A DNA stretch of 24,800 bases, taken from positions 23,257-48,056 of the forward strand of contig PMWA01000022.1 in the NCBI GenBank assembly GCA_003166335.1. Direction: 5' to 3'. The position numbers were made by a program, and so were the translations under genes. This DNA is from Methanobacterium sp. GTDB lineage: Archaea; Methanobacteriota; Methanobacteria; Methanobacteriales; Methanobacteriaceae. Under the pieces are notes generated by a model that worked only from the letters and a program-made list of their open reading frames with translations, was not told the origin of the DNA and did no database searches. Each line of letters starts with the position of its first letter. Positions within the stretch are counted from its first letter, which is position 1. This document shows positions 1 through 11,804 of the stretch, piece by piece.

Positions 1-2
1 GT

Positions 3-959
3 TCTGATAAAACACCCGCCATTATAAACTCTATTAAAAAAGAACTCGAAGATGAAGGCGTCATATTTCTCCTGGAAACAGAAATTTTAGATTTTTTAAC
101 TTTCACCGATAGAATAAAAGGAGTAAGTGCCAAAAATCCGGAAAAAGGTGAATTTAAAATCGATTGCAAATATATTATCGCTGCACCCGGAAGAGTGGGT
201 GCTTATTGGCTATCAGATCAGATGAAAAAACTTAAAATTCCCATTAAACATAATCCCGTTGACATTGGAGTAAGAGTAGAGTTACCTCAAATTATAATGG
301 ATGAAGTAACCCGTATAAACTGGGATCCTAAATTCCATATTATAACCAAAACTTACGATGATTTTATTAGAACATTTTGTGTGTGTAACCGGGGATTTGT
401 AGTGGAAGAAGTATATGATGACTTTATGGGTGTAAATGGCCATTCAATGAGAGAAAAAACATCCGAAAATACCAACTTCGCATTTTTAGTAAGAGTAGAA
501 CTTACAGAACCCATAGAGAACACTTCAGATTATGCCTTTTCCATAGCCACTATTGCTAACACGCTAGGTGGAGGAAAACCACTTCTACAAAGATTAGGGG
601 ATTTACGTAAAGGTAGAAGATCAACCTGGAGAAGATTAAAAAGAAGCAATGTTGTTCCCACTTTTGATAGCGTGACTCCGGGGGATATAGCCATGGCACT
701 TCCTCATAGACTAGTTGTGGATATTATAGAAGGATTAGAATCTCTGGATAAAGTTATACCTGGAATTGCATCTGATTCCACTCTTTTATATGCTCCAGAA
801 ATAAAACTCTATGCCATGCGGGTTGAAATGAATCATGGAATGAAAACCAAGATTGAAGGATTATACGCTGCAGGTGATGGTGCAGGAGTCTCCCGGGGTA
901 TAGTAGGTGCTGCTGCGACGGGAATTATAGCAGCAAGAGATATTTTGAGGAATGTTTAA
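3..959 (+). CDS. NAD(P)/FAD-dependent oxidoreductase (COG2509-like), 5'-truncated by window edge
   Basis: Frame is open from base 3 (SDKTPAIINSIKKELEDEGV...IAAPGRVG), so the track's GTG at 195 is internal. Motifs VDIGVRVE, RTFCVC, VNGHS, LYAPEIKLY and C-terminal GLYAAGDGAGVSRGIVGAA. Confidence 0.85.
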   Translation, partial: SDKTPAIINSIKKELEDEGVIFLLETEILDFLTFTDRIKGVSAKNPEKGEFKIDCKYIIAAPGRVGAYWLSDQMKKLKIPIKHNPVDIGVRVELPQIIMDEVTRINWDPKFHIITKTYDDFIRTFCVCNRGFVVEEVYDDFMGVNGHSMREKTSENTNFAFLVRVELTEPIENTSDYAFSIATIANTLGGGKPLLQRLGDLRKGRRSTWRRLKRSNVVPTFDSVTPGDIAMALPHRLVVDIIEGLESLDKVIPGIASDSTLLYAPEIKLYAMRVEMNHGMKTKIEGLYAAGDGAGVSRGIVGAAATGIIAARDILRNV

Positions 960-1055
960 TTCTTAATGTACTAAATTAAAATCTGCTCTATTTATTATAC
1001 TATTCAACTCAAAGATTACCAAAGTAATCCTAAAAATTAAATTTTGACAAAATGT

Positions 1056-2243
1056 CTATCGACAAATAATACTTATAACATCGCAATTCTTCAGTTCATA
1101 ATCACTACTTACTCTCCTGCAGCTGCGAGCGTCTAAAGCATGCATGTACTTTTCTCCAATATCTGTGTGTATATTATATGCTAAGTCTCGGGGTTTAGAT
1201 CCATGAGGAATTAAAATTGCATCAGGAAGTACATTACCTTTTTGGTCACAGAGTTTATGTTCATCTTCTACTGGATAAACTACGATCATGTCAAGGATAT
1301 CAAATACAACTTTATTTAAAGCCTCTTGTACACCGGTGTTCCCATATTTCTTAAGCATGTTGTCTTTTATGTAATTAAGAGCTGTTTTTTGAGATTCGTT
1401 TAGTTTTTCTGGTTTTATTATTTCAAAATCAGCATCACCTGGGAAATAACTTATTAAACCTGCTTCAGATGCTCTGATAAGAGCTAATTCTGCTTCAGCA
1501 GAAGCTGGTATTACATTCTCATATTTTTCTTGTAATCTTTTAATATTCTCCTCTGCAGTGGGTAGATCAGCCTTGTTGGCCACAATTAACATGGGTTTGG
1601 CTAATAGTAATAGTTTATCTAGAAATTTTATTATATCGGCATCTTTCCATTTTTTATATTCCTTTGAAATTATTTTTTTAGCATCTATAACTTCTTCTAG
1701 AGATATTCCAGTTCCACTAAGCTGTTCAGCTATTACTTTTGCAAAGTCTAATTTCTCGGAGAGTGCTTTTCTCACCATGCGATTCCAATTCTTCTTCAAG
1801 ATGTTGAAGAGCCACATAGTGATTTCATGTTCTAAAAAATCCACATCCATCAGAGGATCGTGTAAACCTGGTTCACATGGTCTTCCTTCTTCATCAGTGG
1901 ATCCAGAGGCGTCTATGATATGTATAAAAGCTTTAGCCTGTCTAAGTTCGTCTAAAAATTTGTTTCCCAGTCCTCTGCCTTCATGGGCTCCTGGGACCAG
2001 CCCGGCAATATCAATTAATTCTACCGGAATCATTCTTCTACCTTCATCGCATTTTGAAGTTCTAGGATTGCAGGTAATGTTTAACTCTTTACATGGGCAC
2101 TGACTAATCACATGAGCAACGGCTTTGTTGGCATTTATAGTGGTGAATGGGTAACTGGCAACTTCTGCCTCCGATAAGGTGGCTGAATTAAAAAAAGATG
2201 ATTTACCTACATTAGGTTTTCCTGTTACAGCAATCTCAAGCAT
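1056..2243 (-). CDS. ychF: Obg-family ATPase/GTPase YchF (archaeal type) with C-terminal TGS domain
   Basis: GKPNVGKS P-loop, [32 protein letters not shown] tail IHTDIG. ATG 2243 follows a GAGTGA RBS (track uses GTG 2252). Confidence 0.92.
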   Translation of the reverse strand: MLEIAVTGKPNVGKSSFFNSATLSEAEVASYPFTTINANKAVAHVISQCPCKELNITCNPRTSKCDEGRRMIPVELIDIAGLVPGAHEGRGLGNKFLDELRQAKAFIHIIDASGSTDEEGRPCEPGLHDPLMDVDFLEHEITMWLFNILKKNWNRMVRKALSEKLDFAKVIAEQLSGTGISLEEVIDAKKIISKEYKKWKDADIIKFLDKLLLLAKPMLIVANKADLPTAEENIKRLQEKYENVIPASAEAELALIRASEAGLISYFPGDADFEIIKPEKLNESQKTALNYIKDNMLKKYGNTGVQEALNKVVFDILDMIVVYPVEDEHKLCDQKGNVLPDAILIPHGSKPRDLAYNIHTDIGEKYMHALDARSCRRVSSDYELKNCDVISIICR

Positions 2244-2356
2244 TTGTATCACTCTAAAATTATTATTATACTTTTATTAAAACTTTATTTAATAAATAGA
2301 TAAATAAAAAAATGTTTAGTTCTTTATTATAATATATTGTACTAAGGAGTCTTATA

Positions 2357-2980
2357 ATGTCTAAACTTTATGTGGTAGGAATTGGTCCGGGTTCTGCAGA
2401 TTATTTGACTTTTAAATCTAAAAAAATTGTTGATTCAGTAGAGATCCTATTGGGAAGTAAAAGAGTGCTTGATCTATTCCCTGAATTTGAGGGAGAACAA
2501 ATAAAACTGGACGCTGTAAATATAGAATCACAATTGAAATTAGCAGTATCCAAGGTTATTCATGGTAAACCTGTGGCTATTCTTTCAACTGGTGATCCTG
2601 GATTTTCCGGAATTTTAAGGCCAATTCTAGAGTTATCGGTGGATGTAGAGATAGAAGTTGTCCCTGGAATAAGTTCACTACAACTTTGCGCTGCTAAATT
2701 GCAAATACCATGGGATAATACAAATTTAATAACATTACATGGCAAAGGGCTTTCAAATGAATTACTGGAAGTAATAGATAACGGAAAACCAATCATTATT
2801 CTTCCCAATTTTAAAGTTGATGAAGTAATCAGATTTTTAATAGATAATGGGGTTGATGAGGATAGACAGGCGGCTGTTTGTGAAAAACTCGGTTATCCTG
2901 ATGAAAGGATAGTTAAAAAATCTTTAAAAGATCTCTTAGTGGAAAAATTTAGTTATATGTGTGTTATTGTTGTATTTTGA
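2357..2980 (+). CDS. cbiE: cobalt-precorrin-7 C5-methyltransferase
   Basis: VVGIGPG, STGDPGFSG, VPGISSLQ, TLHG, VCEKLGYPDERI motifs; 207 aa stand-alone; AAGGAG RBS. Confidence 0.85.
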   Translation: MSKLYVVGIGPGSADYLTFKSKKIVDSVEILLGSKRVLDLFPEFEGEQIKLDAVNIESQLKLAVSKVIHGKPVAILSTGDPGFSGILRPILELSVDVEIEVVPGISSLQLCAAKLQIPWDNTNLITLHGKGLSNELLEVIDNGKPIIILPNFKVDEVIRFLIDNGVDEDRQAAVCEKLGYPDERIVKKSLKDLLVEKFSYMCVIVVF

Positions 2981-2997
2981 TTTTTTTTATATTATAG

Positions 2998-3369
2998 TTA
3001 AATGCATAACTCTTCGTCTTCTGCTTGCCATGAAGGTTGTACTAAACATAAAAACTTTAAGGTAGTATCTCCAGTATTTTCAATCCATTGCCTGGCGTTG
3101 GGCGGAATATGAATAATTTGACCTGATTCAATTATATCAGATTCATTTTCTATATGCATCAAGGCCTTTCCTTCTATTATGTAATAAATTTCCGTAGAGG
3201 ACTTCATTCGGTGAGGCAATGATGATTCATTGGGCTTTAAAATAGCATGTGCAATACTGAAATCCATTTCTAAATATTCGTTTTCCCTTTCGGGGTGTAG
3301 AAATTCACAGATGAATGTTTCATCCAATGCTTTGAAATATTTGCAGTTATCCAAGCTTTTTATAAACAT
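2998..3369 (-). CDS. cupin-domain protein
   Basis: SLPHRMKSSTEIYYIIEG and IHIPPNARQWIENTG cupin motifs. Confidence 0.85.
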   Translation of the reverse strand: MFIKSLDNCKYFKALDETFICEFLHPERENEYLEMDFSIAHAILKPNESSLPHRMKSSTEIYYIIEGKALMHIENESDIIESGQIIHIPPNARQWIENTGDTTLKFLCLVQPSWQAEDEELCI

Positions 3370-3481
3370 TTTTATCTTTTAATAAGATTGGATATTTTTT
3401 TTTTAATTAGGTAAATGAGTAAATCAAAATGGGAAAAAAATTTGTAAAAATTAATAAAAAATTTAAAAAGATAAAAGAGAA

Positions 3482-4480
<999 letters not shown>

Positions 4481-4778
4481 TTAATATTCCTCCATTTTTT
4501 TTAATTCTTGTTTTGTATCAAGTAAAGTTAGCTTAAAATTTATTTAGATAAAGTTTATTTCATCAATTTTTTTGGGTATTCGATCTTAATTTAAAGTTAT
4601 ATTATGTAACTAAATAAACCTACATATAAAAATTTGTGTAAAAAAAAATCTATTTTATTAACATTATCATGTAATATAAAATGATGTATATCATTGTATT
4701 AAAAACTATAAAATTTTCATTTGTATCTAGATATAACAGAAATTAAAAATTTTTAGAATTATTAAGTTGTGATGTCAA

Positions 4779-5585
4779 ATGCAGGAAAAATCGCATATTT
4801 TACCCCCTATAAATACGGAGAAGACAGTTGAAGCAATATCTAATTTTATAAAAAATAAAATTGAGGAATCAAAAACTGAAGGATTAGTTATAGGTTTAAG
4901 TGGAGGATTAGACTCATCTACAGCAGTTAGTATAGCTGTAAAAGCTATTGATAAGGGTAATATATTAGGATTGATAATGCCCAGTCAAACCACAACCCAA
5001 GAAGACTTGGAGGATGCAATTACTATTGCAGAACATTTAGGCATAGAAAATGAAGTAATAAATATTGATAATCTTATAAAGCCCTTTAGAGAGTTATGTA
5101 TTCATTCAGCTACAGAGTATTATAATCAACTCGCAAATGCTAATTTAAAGGCGAGAATACGAATGATAATCCTATATTATCACGCTAATTCCATGAATCG
5201 ACTGGTTTTAGGAACTGGTAACCTAAGTGAGCTTTCAGTAGGATATTTTACAAAATATGGGGATGGAGGCGTGGATATACTGCCCATGGGAGATCTTTAC
5301 AAAACTGATGTACAAAATATTGCAGATTACCTTGAAATTCCAGATAAAATCATAACTAAAGCTCCAACAGCAGGATTATGGGCAGGACAAACTGATGAAG
5401 AAGAACTGGGGATTAAATATCAACTCCTAGATGAAATATTATACCTAACAACTACAGAAAAATTAGAAGATTATATGATTGCCGAGAAACTTGGAATATC
5501 TAAAAATGAAGTTTTAAGGATTAAAAATATGGTTAAATCTGCTGAACACAAAATAACACCACCACCCATACCTAAAATTAGATGA
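4779..5585 (+). CDS. nadE: NH3-dependent NAD+ synthetase
   Basis: GLSGGLDSS, NLKARIRM, GYFTKYGDG, APTAGLWAGQTDEEELG, EHK; no glutaminase domain. Confidence 0.95.
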   Translation: MQEKSHILPPINTEKTVEAISNFIKNKIEESKTEGLVIGLSGGLDSSTAVSIAVKAIDKGNILGLIMPSQTTTQEDLEDAITIAEHLGIENEVINIDNLIKPFRELCIHSATEYYNQLANANLKARIRMIILYYHANSMNRLVLGTGNLSELSVGYFTKYGDGGVDILPMGDLYKTDVQNIADYLEIPDKIITKAPTAGLWAGQTDEEELGIKYQLLDEILYLTTTEKLEDYMIAEKLGISKNEVLRIKNMVKSAEHKITPPPIPKIR

Positions 5586-5595
5586 GGAATCTTAT

Positions 5596-5907
5596 GTGTA
5601 CACTTTAATTTATATAACTACATCTGGATTTTCAGAATCAAAAAAAATTGCAATTAAACTATTAAAAGATAAATTAGCGGCATGTACAAATGTTATCCCT
5701 GAAATTGATTCATTTTACCTCTGGAAAGGAGAAATTAATGAGGATAAGGAATCTTTGCTAATTGCTAAAACTCAATCCAATAAAGTAGGAATCCTTATAA
5801 AAAGAGTGGAAGAAATTCACAGCTATGATACTCCATGCATATTACAAATTCAAGTTAAAAAAGGTTCCAAAAATTATTTAGATTGGATGGAAAGTGAATT
5901 AGATTAA
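5596..5907 (+). CDS. cutA: divalent-cation tolerance protein CutA
   Basis: LAACTN, SFYLWKG, HSYDTPCI, YLDW; 10 nt after nadE. Confidence 0.93.
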   Translation: MYTLIYITTSGFSESKKIAIKLLKDKLAACTNVIPEIDSFYLWKGEINEDKESLLIAKTQSNKVGILIKRVEEIHSYDTPCILQIQVKKGSKNYLDWMESELD

Positions 5908-6013
5908 ATAACAAAATAAGGTAAAATAAACCTCTTTTATTTAAAAAAATTCTTAATATACTAAATTTAGAAGTTTTACATATTATTATAAAATATTATT
6001 TTGAACCTAAATC

Positions 6014-8908
6014 ATGATTATTTTGGATGGTGATTATTTTTTGACAGACGTTATAATTGAGAAGAAATGGCAGAGAAAATGGAGAAATAAGCATTTATTC
6101 CAATCAAATCCAGATGCAAGAGAGAAATTATTCTTAACTGTAGCTTTTCCATATCCTAGTGGTGCTATGCATATTGGACACGGCCGTACCTACACAGTCC
6201 CAGATGTATACGCTAGATTTAAACGAATGCAAGGTTATAACGTCCTATTCCCTATGGCTTGGCACGTTACTGGAGCTCCCGTAATTGGGATAGCCAAAAG
6301 GTTTCAAAGGCAGGACCCCTGGACTCTAGATTTATACAAAAATGTGCATAAAGTTCCTGAAGACGAACTGATGAAATTTACAGATCCAAATTACATTGTG
6401 AATTACTTCAGTACAGAATATCGAGATGTGATGCAGAAAATGGGGTTCTCCATTGATTGGAGGAGGGAGTTTAATACAATAGATCCTCATTATCAGAAGT
6501 TCATAGAGTGGCAGTTTAGAAAACTTAAAAGTAAGGATCTTGTTAAAAAAGGAATTCACCCTGTAAAGTACTGTCCAGAATGCCAAAATCCTGTGGGTGA
6601 CCATGATTTGCTTGAAGGAGAGGGCGTTGCAATAAATGAGCTTACAATAGTAAAATTTAGAATAAATGATGATTATTTGGTAGCAGCTACTTTTCGTCCT
6701 GAAACTTTATTTGGGGTTACGAATCTATGGTTAAATCCAGAAGCAGAATATATTAGGATAAAAATTGCTGATGAGAATTGGATAATAAGTAGAAAGGCAT
6801 TTAATAATGTTATTCATCAAAAAAAGGATGCTTCAATCGTTTCTGTTGTTGATGTTAATAAACTAATTGGTAAATATGTAAAAAATCCGCTAACTAATGA
6901 AGAACTTATCATATTGCCCGCTTCTTTTGTAAATCCGGGATATGCGTCCGGAGTCGTATATTCAGTTCCAGCACACGCTCCTGCAGATTACATAGCACTT
7001 AAAGACCTTAAAAAAGATTTAAAAGTACTTGAAAGGTATAATATTAAAAAAGAAGTGGAAAAATTAGAGCCAATTAGTATTGTAGAGCTTCAAGGGTTTG
7101 GGAAATTCCCTGCAGAAGAAATAATCCAAAATTTTGGAGTTAAAAATCAGAATGATCCTAAGCTCGCTGATGCAACTAATGAACTCTATAAATTAGAGCA
7201 CTCCAAAGGAATTATGAGTCAGGATATCTCTGATTTCGGAGGATTAAAAGTACCATTTGCAAGAGATGAAATCATAAGAAACCTTCTTAAATCTAAAAAA
7301 GGAGATGTAATGTATGATTTTTCTGAAAAACCTGTTATCTGTAGATGTGGTACAGAATCTGTTGTTAGAATACTCGAGGACCAATGGTTCCTTAAATATT
7401 CAGATGAAGAATGGAAAAAAATCACATATAATTGCCTAGCTCAGGAACAAATAGTTCCGGGAGAGGTGAGGGCAAATTTTGAATATTACATTGGCTGGTT
7501 AGAAGATTGGGCTTGCAGTCGTCGAATAGGACTTGGTACACAGCTTCCCTGGGATAATCAATGGTTAATTGAGCCACTTAGTGATTCTACAATTTATATG
7601 GCTTATTATGCAATTGCAAGGTATATGAAAGAGCTTAATCCTGATGATCTGAATGATTCATTCTTTGATGATGTATTTTTAGATGCACAAAAATATTCTG
7701 GAAATATTAATACTGAACTTTTTGAAGATATTAAAGGTGAATTCAATTACTGGTATCCGCTAGATTGGAGACTTTCAGCGAAAGATCTGGTTGGGAATCA
7801 TCTTTCATTCCATATTTTCCATCATTCCGCTATATTTCCTGAATATAAATGGCCAAATGGTATTGTAGTCTTTGGAATGGGACTTCTAGAGGGTAATAAA
7901 ATGTCATCATCAAAAGGTAACGTTATATTGCTTGATGATGCCATAGAAACCTATGGGGCTGATGTGGTAAGATTATTTTTAATGGCATCTGCAGAGCCTT
8001 GGCAGGACTTTGATTGGAGGGAAAACGAGGTTAAAGGGATAAATAAACGTTTAGAATGGTTTAAAGAGTTTAAAGATCGTGTAGAGAAGATAAAAGGAAC
8101 TTTTATATCCTTGAAATCTTTTAAGCTAAAAGATGAAATTAAAATGCCCATTAATACTTGGATTTTAAGTCAGGTCAACATGCATATTAAAAGTGCAACT
8201 GAAGCACTTGAAGATTTTCAAACTAGAAAAGCGCTTCAAGAATCATTATTCCTCTTTAAAAAAGACATAGATCATTATTTCTATCGTATAGAACACGAAT
8301 TAGGTGAAGAATATGTTTATTCTGAAATTTCAAACATTCTTATTTACGTTTTAAGCAACTGGATACGTCTTATGGCTCCATTCATACCACATACCTGTGA
8401 AGAGATTTGGAGTAATATTGAAGGGGAAGGGTTCGTATCTGAAGCTAAATGGCCAAAATATGATGTTAACCTTTTAGATGAAAAAGTTCAAAAAGCTGAA
8501 GAAGTTGTAATGGAGCTTTCTGAAGATATAAAAGAAATTAAAAAAATTTTAAATAAAGCTCCGCAGAAGATACATGTTTATATAGCTCCTCAATGGAAAT
8601 GGAAGGTCTTTGACATCGCATGGGAAGTTGGTAAACCGGATGTAGGTCGCATAATGCAGGAAGCGGTAAAACAAAAGGTTAATGAAAATAAAAAAGAACT
8701 TGCAATTTTCGCTAAAAAAATAGCTAGAGAAATGACGAAAATCAATTATGTGGGTGAAATCGACGAATATTCAATTATAACGGGTTCTATAGAATTTTTA
8801 TCTAAAGAATTAGGAGCTGAAATATTAGTGTATAATGAGCCAACCTATGATCCTGATGGAAAATCAAAGAATGCTCTTCCGTATAAACCGGCTATTTATA
8901 TTGAATAA
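6014..8908 (+). CDS. leuS: leucine--tRNA ligase (archaeal/eukaryotic type)
   Basis: [28 protein letters not shown] editing motif, KMSSS. An in-frame TTG at 6041, 7 nt after GGTGA, may be the true start. Confidence 0.97.
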   Translation: MIILDGDYFLTDVIIEKKWQRKWRNKHLFQSNPDAREKLFLTVAFPYPSGAMHIGHGRTYTVPDVYARFKRMQGYNVLFPMAWHVTGAPVIGIAKRFQRQDPWTLDLYKNVHKVPEDELMKFTDPNYIVNYFSTEYRDVMQKMGFSIDWRREFNTIDPHYQKFIEWQFRKLKSKDLVKKGIHPVKYCPECQNPVGDHDLLEGEGVAINELTIVKFRINDDYLVAATFRPETLFGVTNLWLNPEAEYIRIKIADENWIISRKAFNNVIHQKKDASIVSVVDVNKLIGKYVKNPLTNEELIILPASFVNPGYASGVVYSVPAHAPADYIALKDLKKDLKVLERYNIKKEVEKLEPISIVELQGFGKFPAEEIIQNFGVKNQNDPKLADATNELYKLEHSKGIMSQDISDFGGLKVPFARDEIIRNLLKSKKGDVMYDFSEKPVICRCGTESVVRILEDQWFLKYSDEEWKKITYNCLAQEQIVPGEVRANFEYYIGWLEDWACSRRIGLGTQLPWDNQWLIEPLSDSTIYMAYYAIARYMKELNPDDLNDSFFDDVFLDAQKYSGNINTELFEDIKGEFNYWYPLDWRLSAKDLVGNHLSFHIFHHSAIFPEYKWPNGIVVFGMGLLEGNKMSSSKGNVILLDDAIETYGADVVRLFLMASAEPWQDFDWRENEVKGINKRLEWFKEFKDRVEKIKGTFISLKSFKLKDEIKMPINTWILSQVNMHIKSATEALEDFQTRKALQESLFLFKKDIDHYFYRIEHELGEEYVYSEISNILIYVLSNWIRLMAPFIPHTCEEIWSNIEGEGFVSEAKWPKYDVNLLDEKVQKAEEVVMELSEDIKEIKKILNKAPQKIHVYIAPQWKWKVFDIAWEVGKPDVGRIMQEAVKQKVNENKKELAIFAKKIAREMTKINYVGEIDEYSIITGSIEFLSKELGAEILVYNEPTYDPDGKSKNALPYKPAIYIE

Positions 8909-9051
8909 TTTTTATTCTAAATCTAGTTTTTTTTAAATTTTCTATAATATTAATAGGCTCAGATTATAGACTGTTATTTAGAAATTTTATTTTAGGGATA
9001 ATAAATTTTATGAATAATCACGTCCATAAATATATAATGAGGTGATGAAGG

Positions 9052-9339
9052 ATGTTCTCCAAAATAACTATAGACATTAGTAAGATAGGTAAGGAAGATT
9101 CAGATAAGGAATTATTGCGCATGGCCATAGCTGCTGAGTTGGATGCTACTAATTTTTATGAACAAATGGCGGCCATAACTGATAATGAGGATTTTAAGGC
9201 TGTTCTTTTAGACGTTGCTAGGGAAGAAAAAACGCATGTAGGAGAATTCCAGACTATGCTTTTAAGACTAGATCAAGAACAAGTAATAGAACTGGGAAAA
9301 GGTAAAAAAGAAGTAGAGGAATTAATAGGAAATAAATAA
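9052..9339 (+). CDS. short ferritin/rubrerythrin-like protein (EncFtn/Flp-like half four-helix bundle)
   Basis: AELDATNFYEQMA and VAREEKTHVGEF (ExxH ferroxidase motif); 95 aa; GAGGTGA RBS. Confidence 0.85.
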   Translation: MFSKITIDISKIGKEDSDKELLRMAIAAELDATNFYEQMAAITDNEDFKAVLLDVAREEKTHVGEFQTMLLRLDQEQVIELGKGKKEVEELIGNK

Positions 9340-9377
9340 TTCTATTTCGAAAAATGGTATCAAAAAAAATAACCTAA

Positions 9378-9426
9378 AATTGCTTAGAATGTTATTTGAA
9401 AGATTTATTCTAAGATCAATTTTTTC
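9378..9426. terminator. possible hairpin/T-tract between convergent ferritin-like and FAH genes
   Basis: CTTAGAAT (9383-9390) / ATTCTAAG (9407-9414) inverted repeat followed by a T run; AT-rich, so weak. Confidence 0.3.
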
Positions 9427-9526
9427 TATACTTTTTTTAGAATATTATATTTTCGTGAATTAATTTAGTTATATTGCGAGAAATGAATCTGTTTTTATCC
9501 CGATCAAATCATGATAATTAAATTAT

Positions 9527-10294
9527 TCATTTTATTATATTTTTAAGCACTCCAATCTCTTCAACTTCTGCTTCAACAATATCACCTATATTCATTGGAC
9601 CAACACCTGGCGGAGTGCCGGTTGATATTATATCACCAGGATTTAAAGTCATTATATCTGATATAAATTTAACCAATTCCTGAGCACTAAAAATCATATT
9701 TTTAGTGTTAGAATCCTGTTTAATTTCACCGTTGAGTTTCAGTGATATCTTCTGGTTAGATGGATCAAGTTGAGTTTGAATGCAAGGTCCAATGGGACAG
9801 AATGTATTGAAGCTTTTGGCTCTGGTCCATTGCACATCCTTATTCTGCAGATCTCTAGCTGTAACATCGTTAAGAATAGTGTAACCACCAATATAATCAT
9901 CAGCATCTTTCTTTTTAACTTGATGCGCTTTTTTGGAAATCACCACTGCTATTTCCACTTCATAATCAACCTGCTTTGATGAAGATGGATAAATTATAGG
10001 ATCTAAATGTCCAATAACTCCTGTTGATGGTTTAATGAAAATAACTGGTTCATCAGGTAATTCCATATTTAATTCCCGGGCATGATCTATATAATTTAAG
10101 CCTACGCAGACTATTTTGGATGGTAATAAAGGAGGAAGTAATTTGACTTCATTTAGATTATATCTACCCTGTTTTGAAAATTGTTCAGTATTATTAAATG
10201 CTTCCACCATAGAACAGTTTATTTCAGTTATATTATTATCTTCTAAAATTCCTGTTTTCTTTTTTTTCCCATCAAGAAATCTTACGAGTTTCAT
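9527..10294 (-). CDS. fumarylacetoacetate hydrolase (FAH) family protein
   Basis: KIVCVGLNYIDH, DYEVE, NDVTARDLQ, KSFNTFCPIGP, GDIISTGTPPGVG; GGTGA RBS. Confidence 0.93.
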   Translation of the reverse strand: MKLVRFLDGKKKKTGILEDNNITEINCSMVEAFNNTEQFSKQGRYNLNEVKLLPPLLPSKIVCVGLNYIDHARELNMELPDEPVIFIKPSTGVIGHLDPIIYPSSSKQVDYEVEIAVVISKKAHQVKKKDADDYIGGYTILNDVTARDLQNKDVQWTRAKSFNTFCPIGPCIQTQLDPSNQKISLKLNGEIKQDSNTKNMIFSAQELVKFISDIMTLNPGDIISTGTPPGVGPMNIGDIVEAEVEEIGVLKNIIK

Positions 10295-10393
10295 TTTAAG
10301 TCACCATTTTTATGATCACTCATATTTTTTTTAAGTAGAGGAAATGAATTTTAAGAAATGGAAATTTTTTTTTAAAATAAAAAAAATTGGAGT

Positions 10394-11242
10394 TCAAATA
10401 AGACCATAATAGAAACTAAGAATCAAAGCTAAGCCACCTACAATCCAGCAGTAAACAGAAAATATTCTTAGACTAGTACCATTTATTATTCTAAGAAGAA
10501 GTCCAATTGATAGGAATCCAAATATTACTACTGCAATGTACGCGGCTACGATGGATGCGGTGTTTGTTTCAGTTAATGCCCCTATATCTTTAAATTCAAC
10601 AATGATTGCCCCTGTTATGGCGGGTATTGCTAATAAGAATGCAAATCTTGCTGCGCATACTCTGTCTACCCCAGAAAATAGTCCTGCAGATATTGAAGAA
10701 CCAGATCGGGAAATTCCGGGAAATAGTGCTAGGGATTCAAATATACCTATGACCAGGGCATTTTTAAAAGAAATTCCTTTTATTTTTTTATTTCCTCGTT
10801 TCACGTGTTCAGCGCTCCAGAGTATGATACCATTAATTATTAGGAAGATGCTTACGGCGGGTACGCTGTTATAAAAAAATTCGAATCTTTTGGTGAATAA
10901 TGCACCGCTTATGCCTACGGGAATTGTACCGATTATTAGGAGCCAGGATAATCTTTTATAGGTATCATCCTTTAGATTATTAGTGAATTGTCCACGGAAG
11001 AGGTCTAGTATACTGGAGATGAAGGATTTTATAATTTGTATTACTTCTTTCCAGAAGAATACAACCACTGCAGTTAATGTACCTATGTGCAGTAGAACGT
11101 TGAAGGCAAGAGAACCTGATTCGGTGGGAAAAGTAACACCTAATATATGCGTCACCAGAACTACTTGACCCGCACTAGCGATTGGTAAAAATTCGGCTAA
11201 ACCTTGAACTATTCCTAATATTATAGCTTGAATTATATCCAT
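10394..11242 (-). CDS. uppP: undecaprenyl-diphosphate phosphatase (BacA family), divergent first motif
   Basis: QGLAEFLPIASAGQ (cf. EGLTEFLPxSSxGH), LHIGT, GTIP, PGISRSG, AARFAFLLAIP; multi-TM; GGTGA RBS. Confidence 0.88.
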   Translation of the reverse strand: MDIIQAIILGIVQGLAEFLPIASAGQVVLVTHILGVTFPTESGSLAFNVLLHIGTLTAVVVFFWKEVIQIIKSFISSILDLFRGQFTNNLKDDTYKRLSWLLIIGTIPVGISGALFTKRFEFFYNSVPAVSIFLIINGIILWSAEHVKRGNKKIKGISFKNALVIGIFESLALFPGISRSGSSISAGLFSGVDRVCAARFAFLLAIPAITGAIIVEFKDIGALTETNTASIVAAYIAVVIFGFLSIGLLLRIINGTSLRIFSVYCWIVGGLALILSFYYGLI

Positions 11243-11309
11243 TATTAAATCACCATTTTTTGAAAATTATATTAAAATTATATTTAATTTATTAAACGAG
11301 TTTAGGAGT

Positions 11310-11362
11310 TAAGTATTTTTACCCATGTTACTCCCCAGTTTCAACCTAGTCATCTCCACTTT
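11310..11362 (-). promoter_or_regulatory. uppP promoter: four 11-bp-phased GG units abutting a BRE/weak TATA (AAATACTTAA)
   Basis: Minus strand AAAGTGGAGAT GACTAGGTTGA AACTGGGGAGT AACATGGGTAA then AAATACTTAA; 11310-11352 is 32/43 identical, ungapped, to 13767-13809. Confidence 0.6.
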
Positions 11363-11441
11363 AATAGTCATTTTCGGGTTTTAGTATTAAAAAATAGGAA
11401 TTTTTTTATTATATTAACACACTTGAATTTCAATAATTTTT

Positions 11442-11768
11442 TTATTCATAAGTTATTTTAGATAGGATTATTAGGGCGACGAGCTGAGCTGCATTAACTG
11501 ATAATAGAATAGAATAATGTAATACTCCATCTAATTGATTAAGTTCTTTCCCCCAGTTAAGAAGCACTGCTAAACCTATTGTAACAAGAATATTTTGTGC
11601 TAAAAGAATCCCTGTAAAATATAATAAACCTACAGTGAATTTGGATTTCAACTGCTTATAACTTCCCCAATAAAAGTAAACCAATCCTAATAATAAACCA
11701 ACATTTATAATTCCCACACTAATAGCTACGTAAATTATTCTAGTGTTTAAAGATACTAAGTCTACCAT
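11442..11768 (-). CDS. hypothetical 3-TM membrane protein
   Basis: Three hydrophobic segments and YWGSYKQLKSKFTVGLLYF loop; GAGGT RBS; 36 nt downstream of the wHTH gene. Confidence 0.8.
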   Translation of the reverse strand: MVDLVSLNTRIIYVAISVGIINVGLLLGLVYFYWGSYKQLKSKFTVGLLYFTGILLAQNILVTIGLAVLLNWGKELNQLDGVLHYSILLSVNAAQLVALIILSKITYE

Positions 11769-11804
11769 CTATTATTACCTCTCAAAATTCTGGTGTTTTT
11801 TCAG

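Noticed and set aside
1558..2103. 181-aa antisense ORF and the other antisense ORFs in the track (e.g. 3804-4286, 10536-10874, 16485-16799, 17356-17637, 21294-21500, 24196-24399)
   Set aside because: They overlap confidently identified genes on the opposite strand and have Ser/Ile/Phe-rich shadow composition with no motifs.
4680..4695. AATGAT-GTAT-ATCATT palindrome between the ArsA/Get3 gene and nadE
   Set aside because: Short and AT-only in a very AT-rich spacer; likely by chance.
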